Shown here one piece after another: positions 19,306 through 27,747 of a DNA stretch of 44,038 nt. This DNA comes from Candidatus Gottesmanbacteria bacterium RIFCSPHIGHO2_01_FULL_46_14 (GTDB lineage: Bacteria > Patescibacteriota > Microgenomatia > UBA10105 > UBA927), in NCBI GenBank assembly GCA_001780895.1, contig MFJJ01000033.1:1-44038 (forward strand), read 5' to 3'. Both the position numbers and the translations under genes were made by a program. Each line of letters starts with the position of its first letter. Within the stretch, counting starts at the first letter, position 1. The notes beneath the pieces were generated by a model. It was given only the letters and a program-made list of their open reading frames with translations, ran no database searches and was not told the origin of the DNA.

Positions 19306-20696
19306 TGGTGAAATGGACTCTTATCGCACTGCTGGTTTTAGGATTTTTTCTTCGCGGACAGGAATTATTAAGCGGCAACTTTCTATTCCTCAAAGATCAG
19401 GGCCGCGATATGCTTGCGGTCAAATCCATTGTTGTTGATAAAAAACTAACACTCATTGGCCCCTATACCGGACTTCAAGCTGTGTTTCAAGGTCCCCTCT
19501 ACTACTATCTTCTCGCCATACCGTTTGCCATATTCAGAGGAGATCCATGGGGCGTCATGCTCCTTTTGATGATCACAAGTCTTGCTTCGATCAGTATGGG
19601 ATTTTCTATTGGAGGAATTCTTACTGCTTTTCTTTTTGCAACGTCGCCTGCGCTAGGAGCAGCAGCAACATTTTTTTGGAGTCCGTTTTTTGTGATTCCT
19701 ATTATGTGTGGATATGTGTATTTTTTTATGCGGTGGGTCAAAAAAGGGGATAAGCATTCATTCGTATGGTTATCAATAACCCTTGCCCTTTTGTATCATT
19801 TTGAGCTTGCGTTTGCAGTGCCGTGGACGATAGTGAGTATTTTACTGTTTTTCCATGCTGGTGTTCGTTGGTATCCAAGAATACTATTCTTCCTGATTTT
19901 ATTTTCAATTTTTCCGCTTATTCTATTTGACGTTCGTCACGATTTTCTTACCACTCGATCAATTTTTGCTCTTGTAGGAGGATCAGCGCAGGGACTTACG
20001 TCAAGCTTCGAGCCGTATGACAAAATAATCCGTGATCATATCGTTAGTTTCGTCAGTAGTATTAATGCATCGTTTTTTATAAACGCGTCGATTGCTGGGC
20101 TTACGTCTGTCACCCTAATCGTAGGAGGAATTTGGTATCTCGCGTTCGGGAAAAGAGTTGAAATAAAGCTTCTGTTTGTGATGCCAGTCCTTTTGTGGTT
20201 TGTCTATCTTCTTTATCCTTTTCAGCTCTACAGCTGGTACCTCGTCGGGCTTTTTCCTGTCTATATGATTCTTTTGGGATATGGATTATCGAAACACAAA
20301 AATATTGCAGTTGGATGCATGATTCTCATATCGATATTTACCGTTCAAAAACTCCTAAAACTTTACACGGCAACAGATTGGGGTGGAACGGCAAAAATAC
20401 GGGGGAAACTTGCTGCGATTGACACAATTATCAAGGATTCACAAGGCAAGCTGTTTAATGTACTCGTTTTTACTCCTGTCGTCTTAACTGATGCCTATGA
20501 TTATCTGTTTTGGTGGAAGTATGGATCAATTCCTTCAAAAGAAAAACAAGATTTAACATATTTGCTCATTGAGCCGGATCCCTCAAAGCCGTGGTCGCAC
20601 GAGGGGTGGCTCGAGACGGTCGTCTCTGGCGGTGGTATCATTGAAACCAGGACCTTACCTTCCGGATTTATTATTCAAAAGCGATTGTATGACTAG
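19305..20696 (+). CDS. GT-C glycosyltransferase-like membrane protein, DQGRD/LIGP subfamily
   Basis: FLKDQGRD...TLIGP.TG...FQGPLYYY, WSP, HFE, FDVRHDF, TYLLIEP. Confidence 0.8.
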   Translation: MVKWTLIALLVLGFFLRGQELLSGNFLFLKDQGRDMLAVKSIVVDKKLTLIGPYTGLQAVFQGPLYYYLLAIPFAIFRGDPWGVMLLLMITSLASISMGFSIGGILTAFLFATSPALGAAATFFWSPFFVIPIMCGYVYFFMRWVKKGDKHSFVWLSITLALLYHFELAFAVPWTIVSILLFFHAGVRWYPRILFFLILFSIFPLILFDVRHDFLTTRSIFALVGGSAQGLTSSFEPYDKIIRDHIVSFVSSINASFFINASIAGLTSVTLIVGGIWYLAFGKRVEIKLLFVMPVLLWFVYLLYPFQLYSWYLVGLFPVYMILLGYGLSKHKNIAVGCMILISIFTVQKLLKLYTATDWGGTAKIRGKLAAIDTIIKDSQGKLFNVLVFTPVVLTDAYDYLFWWKYGSIPSKEKQDLTYLLIEPDPSKPWSHEGWLETVVSGGGIIETRTLPSGFIIQKRLYD

Positions 20697-22206
20697 TTTT
20701 ATTTTATTGATATTTTCACTTATTCCCCTCTTCGATTTACTCCACCCCGGATTGCCGATAACCCATGATGGACAGGATCATGTGGCCAGAATTGCCAATT
20801 TTTACCAGTCTCTCACGGAGGGAAACATTATTCCAAGATGGGCGGGGAATCTTAATTGGGGCTATGGTCATCCCATTCTCATGTTTCTCTATCCGTTGCC
20901 CTCATACGTTGCGTCGCTGTTTCACTTTATAGGATTTTCCTTCGTTGACAGTACAAAGCTGGTGTTTGCAGTCGCCTATATTGCCAGTATTTTTGCGATG
21001 TATCTATGGAGTAAATCTCAATGGGGAGAACGAGCTGGTTTCGCCGCAGCGCTGCTGTATGGTTTTGCGCCGTATAGATTCGTCGACCTGTATGTTCGTG
21101 GCGCGATAGGCGAACACGTAGCATTCATTTTCCCACCGCTCATCCTCTGGGCGACTGATCGCAAACGATGGCTCATCGGAACACTCGCGGTAGCAGGACT
21201 TTTGTTATCTCACAACGCAGTCAGTCTTATGTTCGCACCGGTAATTATTTTGTATATTCTATACCATCGTCGATCCTTTTTACCTATCGTTTTGGGACTT
21301 TTGATATCTGCATTTTTCTGGATACCAGCGCTCTATGAGGGGAGATATACGCTTCGTGATATCGTGACCAATGAAGATTTTGCTGGTAGATTTGTACATT
21401 TTAGTCAATTTTTTTATACGAGGGGCAATGAGCTATCAAAAGAAATCGGTATTGTTGGGTTTCTCATTATAGTTTCTGCTATTGTTTTGTTTTTTCGGCG
21501 AAGAGAAAAATTTCTTGGTGGAGTACTTATTGTTCTCGGAATATCAATATTCTTGATGTTACCAACGTCTCAACCAATATGGCAAACAGTAACGATTCTG
21601 CAGAAGTTCCAGTTTCCGTGGCGTTTCTTACATCTGGTTGTATTTTGTGTCGCGGTTTTGGGTGGACTTGTCATGAGTAAAGTCAAAAATCAGTTGCCGG
21701 TAGCAATGTTTGTAGCGATTGGACTTTTAATACCTACATATTCTATGTGGAACGCTCAATATTATCGGGAGTATCCGGAGTCGTTCTTTACCTCGGTGTA
21801 TAAGGGGACAACCGATACCGGTGAAAGCAGCCCGATCTGGTCCGTGCGTTTCATGGAGCACGAGCCTTCTGTGCCAATCGAGGTTATAGATGGGAATGCA
21901 CAAGTCGAGTTTGGTTTGCGAAACACCACAAAACGGGAATATAAGGTCAATGCACAAGATAAAACGCGACTACTTGAAAATACACTCTATTTTCCGGGAT
22001 GGCAGGTATTGGTGGACGGTCAACAAGTCCCCATCGAATTCCAAGATCCAAATCACCGTGGCCTCATGACATTTGCCGTAGATTCAGGTGTACATATGAT
22101 ACTTGTACGGTTCACTCGGACAAAACTTCGTCTTTATGCTGAACTTGTGAGTTTGGGCGCTTTCGTATTATTAGGAGGCATGCTCATCTATAATAGGAAG
22201 TTATGA
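20689..22206 (+). CDS. GT-C-type membrane protein, THDG subfamily
   Basis: THDGQDHVAR, PRWAGNLNWGYGHP, RGAIGE, LSHN, QFPWRF, YFPGW. Start placed at ATG 20689, overlapping the upstream stop, rather than 20569. Confidence 0.8.
   Translation: MTSFILLIFSLIPLFDLLHPGLPITHDGQDHVARIANFYQSLTEGNIIPRWAGNLNWGYGHPILMFLYPLPSYVASLFHFIGFSFVDSTKLVFAVAYIASIFAMYLWSKSQWGERAGFAAALLYGFAPYRFVDLYVRGAIGEHVAFIFPPLILWATDRKRWLIGTLAVAGLLLSHNAVSLMFAPVIILYILYHRRSFLPIVLGLLISAFFWIPALYEGRYTLRDIVTNEDFAGRFVHFSQFFYTRGNELSKEIGIVGFLIIVSAIVLFFRRREKFLGGVLIVLGISIFLMLPTSQPIWQTVTILQKFQFPWRFLHLVVFCVAVLGGLVMSKVKNQLPVAMFVAIGLLIPTYSMWNAQYYREYPESFFTSVYKGTTDTGESSPIWSVRFMEHEPSVPIEVIDGNAQVEFGLRNTTKREYKVNAQDKTRLLENTLYFPGWQVLVDGQQVPIEFQDPNHRGLMTFAVDSGVHMILVRFTRTKLRLYAELVSLGAFVLLGGMLIYNRKL
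22189..22194 (+). promoter_or_regulatory. Putative -10 box TATAAT 8 nt before ATG 22203
   Basis: TATAAT aggaagtt ATG; the AGGAAG could alternatively act as a ribosome-binding site. Confidence 0.4.
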
Positions 22207-23024
22207 AGCTTTCCGTAGTTCTGGCAGTCTTTAACGAGGAGGATGTGTTGGCGACGTGTCTTGAGTCAATCAAAGGTCTTGCTGATGAGATTATTATTGT
22301 GGATGGGGGATCAACGGATAAGACAGTGGAGATTGCCAAAAAATACGGTGCCAAAGTGTTTGTGACGGATAATCCGCCGATTTTTCATATCAATAAGCAA
22401 CGTGCGGTGGACAGGGCAAAAGGTGATTGGATCTTGCAGTTAGATGCAGATGAGGTTGTGCCGGAGGCACTGAGTATCGAAATTCGGACTGTCATCCCGG
22501 CCATCGAGCCGGGATCCAGGCAAGAAAAAGACTGGATTCCGGGTCAAGCCCGGAATGACAATGGATTTAATGGATATTATGTTTCAAGGAAAAATTATTT
22601 TCTCTGGTACTGGATGAGAAAAGGCGGGCAGTATCCGGATTATGTTGTGAGATTGTTCAAACGTGGAAAAGGAAGCTTTCCACAAAAAAGCGTCCATGAG
22701 CAAATTGTTGTGGATGGACCTATCGGATATTTAAAAACGCCGCTGGAGCACAGACCGTATACGTCGTTTGCCGAATATTGGCAAAAAGCACATACCTATG
22801 CAATGCTGCGGGCCAGAGAAATGGCAGGAGTGAAGCTTGAGGTTACTCCTGAGACATTCGTACAATACTATTTCCTGCGTCCGACGAAAACTTTTTTGAA
22901 TCTTTACGTACGCCATAAGGGATTTGTCGATGGTATATTTGGATTCCTTTTCGCATTATTTTCTGCATATCAAGAACCATTGGCGTTTAGGAAATACATA
23001 CAGTATGGAAAAAACTTCAACTAA
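22203..23024 (+). CDS. GT2 glycosyltransferase, WaaE/KdtX/LgtF-like, carrying an in-frame palindromic insertion
   Basis: SVVLAVFNEE, VDGGSTD, LDADE (DxD), YPDY..RLF, VHE, GFVDG..GF. Confidence 0.9.
   Translation: MKLSVVLAVFNEEDVLATCLESIKGLADEIIIVDGGSTDKTVEIAKKYGAKVFVTDNPPIFHINKQRAVDRAKGDWILQLDADEVVPEALSIEIRTVIPAIEPGSRQEKDWIPGQARNDNGFNGYYVSRKNYFLWYWMRKGGQYPDYVVRLFKRGKGSFPQKSVHEQIVVDGPIGYLKTPLEHRPYTSFAEYWQKAHTYAMLRAREMAGVKLEVTPETFVQYYFLRPTKTFLNLYVRHKGFVDGIFGFLFALFSAYQEPLAFRKYIQYGKNFN
22490..22560. repeat. 71-bp double-hairpin palindromic element (REP/RPE/dRS3-like) within the GT2 CDS
   Basis: TGTC-ATCCCGGC-catcga-GCCGGGAT-CCAG, a 12-nt spacer, then CTGG-ATTCCGGG-tcaag-CCCGGAAT-GACA. Each arm is an 8-bp hairpin and the arms are imperfect inverted copies. 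Confidence 0.85.
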
Positions 23025-23712
23025 ACAACATTGGCAATCCTATTGGAAAACGCCCGACCATCAACCACCGGTAGTGCACGAAGAAATGCTTTCAGAGTTG
23101 CAACACATTACAAATATAAAGGGCAAGAAAATACTTGAAGTCGGAGCTGGAATGGGAGGAGATAGTGTTCGATTGGCGGAATTTGGTGCCTCGGTAACAG
23201 CTGTTGATTATACCCAGGAGTCTCTTGATGAAATTGATGAGTTTGCCAAAAAACATAACGTGAGTGTTGACACCGTCAGGGGAGATGCGCGAGAGCTTCC
23301 GTTCAAAGACGAAGTCTTTGATATCGTTTTCCATCAAGGACTTCTCGAGCATTTTAAAGATCCTTCGGTAATTCTCAGCGAACACGTTCGAGTACTAAAA
23401 AAGAGAGGCTATCTCGTTGTTGATGTTCCTCAAGCATTCACAACCTATACGATAAAAAAGAAAATTGCTATTGCACGGGGAGCATGGTTTGCCGGTTGGG
23501 AGCGGTCGTTTTCCATTGGGCAATTAGAGCATCTCATGAGAGAGGCGGGTCTTTCGATAGTGAGGGCATACGGGTGGGGTTACTACGGAAAACTCCATGC
23601 GATACGAAATCTAAATCTGGGGAAATGGTATGAACAACTTTGGGGTATTATCGAGAAATCCAGAATGAAACTGTATCTCAATTGGTGTATTGGAGTTATC
23701 GCACAGAAATGA
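23005..23712 (+). CDS. Class I SAM-dependent methyltransferase
   Basis: ILEVGAGMG motif I, GDARELPF.D..FD, LEH, RVLKKRG. Start placed at ATG 23005. Confidence 0.9.
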   Translation: MEKTSTKQHWQSYWKTPDHQPPVVHEEMLSELQHITNIKGKKILEVGAGMGGDSVRLAEFGASVTAVDYTQESLDEIDEFAKKHNVSVDTVRGDARELPFKDEVFDIVFHQGLLEHFKDPSVILSEHVRVLKKRGYLVVDVPQAFTTYTIKKKIAIARGAWFAGWERSFSIGQLEHLMREAGLSIVRAYGWGYYGKLHAIRNLNLGKWYEQLWGIIEKSRMKLYLNWCIGVIAQK

Positions 23713-24152
23713 AACGATTTTTTATTATTCTTCTATTGCTCTTGACTGTGCGTGTGCCTGTATACGCAAATTATGTGCTTCCGTACCCTTCCTACATGCC
23801 CGGGCATACGCTATATAAGATTTCGCGAGTTCTTGACGACCTTAAGCGGTATTGGTATTGGGGCACGATTGCCCAGGCAAAATACCATCAAGGTCTTTCA
23901 GATAAATACCTCGTTGAGGCAAAAACGCTTTTTGAATATAAACAGTACCTGCTTGCGCTTGAGGCGCTCGTGCGATCTGACCAGCATTTTCCAAAAGGAA
24001 TACGAGAGTCGCGTGACGAGCATATTTCAGTCTTAACCAAGCTCAAGACCGAACTTCCGGAAGCGTTCGTCTGGCAGGATGAACATCAAGAACCACGTTC
24101 ATTAAACATTCATGAAGCACTTAACCGGTCCATGGGGATCCGCAATCAATAA
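23709..24152 (+). CDS. Secreted helical protein, DUF5667-like
   Basis: Signal peptide MKRFFIILLLLLTVRVPVYA, then YVLPYPSYMPGHTLYKI...AKY...LSDKYLVEA. Similar to 41367..41918. ATGA overlap with the upstream stop. Confidence 0.65.
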   Translation: MKRFFIILLLLLTVRVPVYANYVLPYPSYMPGHTLYKISRVLDDLKRYWYWGTIAQAKYHQGLSDKYLVEAKTLFEYKQYLLALEALVRSDQHFPKGIRESRDEHISVLTKLKTELPEAFVWQDEHQEPRSLNIHEALNRSMGIRNQ

Positions 24153-25263
24153 ACTATTTATTATTCTCCTTTTGTGTGTACCCATTCTTAGTGTGGGAAG
24201 GGTAGTCGTGACTTCGTCTGGTGGATATTTTCGGCCGTATTATAACGATGGAATATACACACAGTTGGAAAACTTATTTAACAATTCACAATACCGACTA
24301 AAAAATCCAACTTCGATTATCGCCGATGAAATTGTATTTCGTTATGCTGCAGGAGCCTACATGCGTGGCGTTGACCCAATTCTTATTAACTCTGAACACA
24401 CGCCTCTGGGGAAATATATGATAGGAGCTTCGTATGTATTATTTAAAACAGATACACCGCTCATTCTGCTTTCCGGTGTGGCAGTCCTTGCGGCAATCTG
24501 GTGGCTTGGCCGATTAGTTCTTGGTAATACTACACAGGCGCTTGTCCCCGTAGCATTATTTTCTGTTGAACCATTATTTGTCAATCAATTTCGTTTCGTA
24601 CCGCTCCTCGATATTATTCAATTACCGTTTATTCTGTTGTCCTTAGTCGTTTTTTACCTGGAAACTAAAAAGAAGTATTTTTGGGCCACGATGATACTTG
24701 TAGGTCTGGTAGCTGCGACGAAATCGATTGTCCCTGCGGTTTTACTGTCTATTTGTTTTTTGTTCTATTTACTCCTTGCGAGAGACTATAAGCGCATCAA
24801 GATATTTATTGTAATGAGTCCATTGTCTGTTGGAGTTTTTACTCTCTCTTATCTTCGAACTTTTTTGAATGGATATTCGCTCAGTGACTTCGTTGGATTT
24901 CAAAAATGGATATTTCTGTATCAGCAAAGTAAATTGATACTTCCATTATCGTTCTGGCGACTCGTGATGTTAAATGAATGGCAGACGTGGTGGGGAGACC
25001 AGTCACTTCAGACCTCTAATGACTGGACAATCGTATGGCCACTCCTTATGATTCTCCCTTTTGTTTTTGTAATACTTTCGTACTTTCGCAAATTTACAAT
25101 GCCGGGCTTAGTTCGACTTCTTCTGTTGTGGATCCTTGTGTATGAGGCATTTTTATCAGTCGGTGCTGTAGTAACGAGATTTCTCTTGCCGCTCCTTCCT
25201 ATCCTCTATATTGTAGGAATCTATACGGTTCGGGAAATGTTTTTATCTAGAAAGCGTCTATGA
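24112..25263 (+). CDS. PMT/GT39-like GT-C membrane protein, no C-terminal soluble domain
   Basis: IIADE followed by NSEHTPLGK (HPPLGK-like), LLD, ATK; polytopic. Confidence 0.65.
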   Translation: MKHLTGPWGSAINKLFIILLLCVPILSVGRVVVTSSGGYFRPYYNDGIYTQLENLFNNSQYRLKNPTSIIADEIVFRYAAGAYMRGVDPILINSEHTPLGKYMIGASYVLFKTDTPLILLSGVAVLAAIWWLGRLVLGNTTQALVPVALFSVEPLFVNQFRFVPLLDIIQLPFILLSLVVFYLETKKKYFWATMILVGLVAATKSIVPAVLLSICFLFYLLLARDYKRIKIFIVMSPLSVGVFTLSYLRTFLNGYSLSDFVGFQKWIFLYQQSKLILPLSFWRLVMLNEWQTWWGDQSLQTSNDWTIVWPLLMILPFVFVILSYFRKFTMPGLVRLLLLWILVYEAFLSVGAVVTRFLLPLLPILYIVGIYTVREMFLSRKRL

Positions 25264-26333
25264 AATTTATTTACATGTGTGCGCTCGTTGCCGTGGTGGT
25301 ATTAAGCTTCGGTTTTATAGATCCCAATTTTCCTTATCAACCGTTTCCGGAGTACTTTACCTATCTTCATTCACAAAGATTAGTCTCAACGACTATCTAC
25401 GTTGCCACTATTTGTGTCATGTTCGGATTTTATCTCAAGGTGTTGGTAGACGTCAGGCGGAATCGAATAAAACCATCTCAAGTTTGGCAATTGATTCTAT
25501 TGTCGGTTGTTATTCTGTTTTTTTCGTATCCTGCCGCGTTTACCTATGATATTTTTAATTACATAGCAACCGCTAAAGTAACATATTTGTACCACCAAAA
25601 CCCGTATCTCGTCATGCCGATTGAGATTCCCAACGAACCGATGCTTGCCTATATGCATGCGGCCAATAAAGTCGCTCTCTACGGAGGGTTCTGGATTTTT
25701 TTAACAGCAATTCCTCACGTTTTAGGATTGGGCAATATAATTCTCACTCTTGCCACATTTAAATTATTTATCGTTCTTTTTTACTTTTTGCTCCTTAAGC
25801 AATTAATTAATCTTTCTGACAACAAGATATGGACGCTTGCGTTTTTTGGACTCAATCCGCTCATTCTTCTTGAAACTGTGGTTAGTGCTCATAACGACGT
25901 TGTCATGATGTTTTTTGCCGTTTTTAGTTTTGCGCTTCTTCGGAAAAAACGATATTTTTTGTCGATTATTTTTTTCGTTCTTTCTATATGTATCAAGTAT
26001 TCGACAATACTGCTTCTACCGCTTATCCTCAAAAAATCTATGAATTGGCGATACGCCGCCATATTCATGTATATCGCGTTTTTACTCTCGCCGCTTCGGG
26101 AAGAGCTGTATGCGTGGTATTTTATTTGGGTATTGCCGTTTGTTGCCTTGATACCTGAGAGTCAACTTCTTGTCAATATCTCGCTCGCATTTTCATTTGG
26201 TCTCATGTTTCGGATTGCGCCGTATCTCTATACCTGGCGATGGGATGGGATAACGCCGATAATCAAACGGATCGTGTCATTTGTTCCACCGGCATTTGTT
26301 GCACTCTGGTATGGTTTCAGAAAAAAGAATTAA
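25260..26333 (+). CDS. MptA/MptB-like GT-C glycosyltransferase (alpha-1,6-mannosyltransferase family-like)
   Basis: FTYDIFNY, NPY...P, YGGFW, LNPL..LE, AHNDVVM, IKY. Confidence 0.65.
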   Translation: MKFIYMCALVAVVVLSFGFIDPNFPYQPFPEYFTYLHSQRLVSTTIYVATICVMFGFYLKVLVDVRRNRIKPSQVWQLILLSVVILFFSYPAAFTYDIFNYIATAKVTYLYHQNPYLVMPIEIPNEPMLAYMHAANKVALYGGFWIFLTAIPHVLGLGNIILTLATFKLFIVLFYFLLLKQLINLSDNKIWTLAFFGLNPLILLETVVSAHNDVVMMFFAVFSFALLRKKRYFLSIIFFVLSICIKYSTILLLPLILKKSMNWRYAAIFMYIAFLLSPLREELYAWYFIWVLPFVALIPESQLLVNISLAFSFGLMFRIAPYLYTWRWDGITPIIKRIVSFVPPAFVALWYGFRKKN

Positions 26334-27747
26334 TATTTTTATCGTTACGTGCTGCTTTATTTTTTCCTGGTGGTTATTCGGGAAATCATTTGGATATGAT
26401 AATGTCAAGCATGCCTTTAGGATAGCCCGCAACGAGGTTGGCGATTTTGGGCTTCACCTGTCGATCATTCGCTCAATCTCATTAGGCAATAATTTTCCTC
26501 CCCAGTCTCCGTTTTTTCCGGGTAGACCATTGTCATATCACTGGGGGACTGATGTTTTTATCGGTATCCTTGAGAGGATTGGTGTTCCGATCGACTGGGC
26601 GATCAATGGAGTCAGTGCTGTCGGAATGACTATTCTTCTCTGGCAAATTTACGTTTTTTCGCAAATACTTTTTCGCCGTAAGCTCATAGGCTTAGCGTCA
26701 ATAGTGTTATTTCTTTTCCCCAGTACCCTTACGATCGTCAACTATCTTAGAGCACCAAGTAATATCTGGAGGCTCCCTGACTATATCGATAAGGGCCCCT
26801 TCGACGGTTCTTCTATTTCGATTTATCAGACCCTCAATCCGTATCTTAATCAAAGACATTTAGTTGTAGGACTGGCTATTGGTCTTTTTGTCATCAATTA
26901 TTTTCTGAGGAAAAAACCTATTTCGTCTCCCAAACTCATACTGCTTGGACTTCTCGTCGGTATGCTCTATAAAGTTCATAGTCTTATCGCTATTTCTACC
27001 GCCTCAATTATCTTTTTCCAGTGGTTGGTATTTCGGAAACAGTGGATAGTATTTTTTGTAATGACCTTATTGGTTTGGGTAACAATTGCCCTTTTCGAAG
27101 GCTTGCCAAAACCTCTGATTTCATTCTATTTTGGTTATCTCTCGACCGGCAACATACTTGCGTACTGGTGGATGAATATGGGATTAAGCCTCCCCTTTTT
27201 ACTTTTGGGTTTTTACATGGTTCCGAAAAAAGCAAGGCTGGTGTTTTTATCTTTCCTTCCTTTATTTATCATCGCCAATACCATACAACTGAGTTTTCGA
27301 ATAGAACACAATCACTCACTCATTAATTTTTTCTGGATTGTGGTTTCGACTATTGTCGCTTTTGTGTTAGTCAAAATTTTTGATCGATCGAAACTTGTTG
27401 CGGTTGTCCTTTTTGGATTTTTAATATCATCAGGGATTTTAAACCTCATGGCGGTTAAAAACGATTATCAGGCCTACTTTGACGATGGGCCACAACGGAT
27501 CAAAAAAAATACTGCGCCTAATGCTATATTTTTAACGACTCGCTCACTTTATGACCCCGCAGCTTTGGCGGGGCGGTTCACGTATGTTGGTCCGTCGTAT
27601 TACCTTGAGGTTATGGGCATAGATTACCAGGAACGTGCGCAATTTGCCGCTGATTTTTATAAGAATTCCCAGTTGTTCGCCCAAGAAGCCAGGGAGCGAG
27701 GGATTGATTATTATATATTGCCAGACGGCTCGATTCACGCGTTATGA
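26311..27747 (+). CDS. Polytopic membrane protein, probable GT-C glycosyltransferase (GDxxxH type)
   Basis: TM1, then GDFGLHLSIIRS...NFPPQSPFFPG.PLSYHW, NQR, many TM helices, C-terminal NT.PNA.F...LAGR...IDYYI domain. Start placed at ATG 26311. Confidence 0.6.
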   Translation: MVSEKRINIFIVTCCFIFSWWLFGKSFGYDNVKHAFRIARNEVGDFGLHLSIIRSISLGNNFPPQSPFFPGRPLSYHWGTDVFIGILERIGVPIDWAINGVSAVGMTILLWQIYVFSQILFRRKLIGLASIVLFLFPSTLTIVNYLRAPSNIWRLPDYIDKGPFDGSSISIYQTLNPYLNQRHLVVGLAIGLFVINYFLRKKPISSPKLILLGLLVGMLYKVHSLIAISTASIIFFQWLVFRKQWIVFFVMTLLVWVTIALFEGLPKPLISFYFGYLSTGNILAYWWMNMGLSLPFLLLGFYMVPKKARLVFLSFLPLFIIANTIQLSFRIEHNHSLINFFWIVVSTIVAFVLVKIFDRSKLVAVVLFGFLISSGILNLMAVKNDYQAYFDDGPQRIKKNTAPNAIFLTTRSLYDPAALAGRFTYVGPSYYLEVMGIDYQERAQFAADFYKNSQLFAQEARERGIDYYILPDGSIHAL

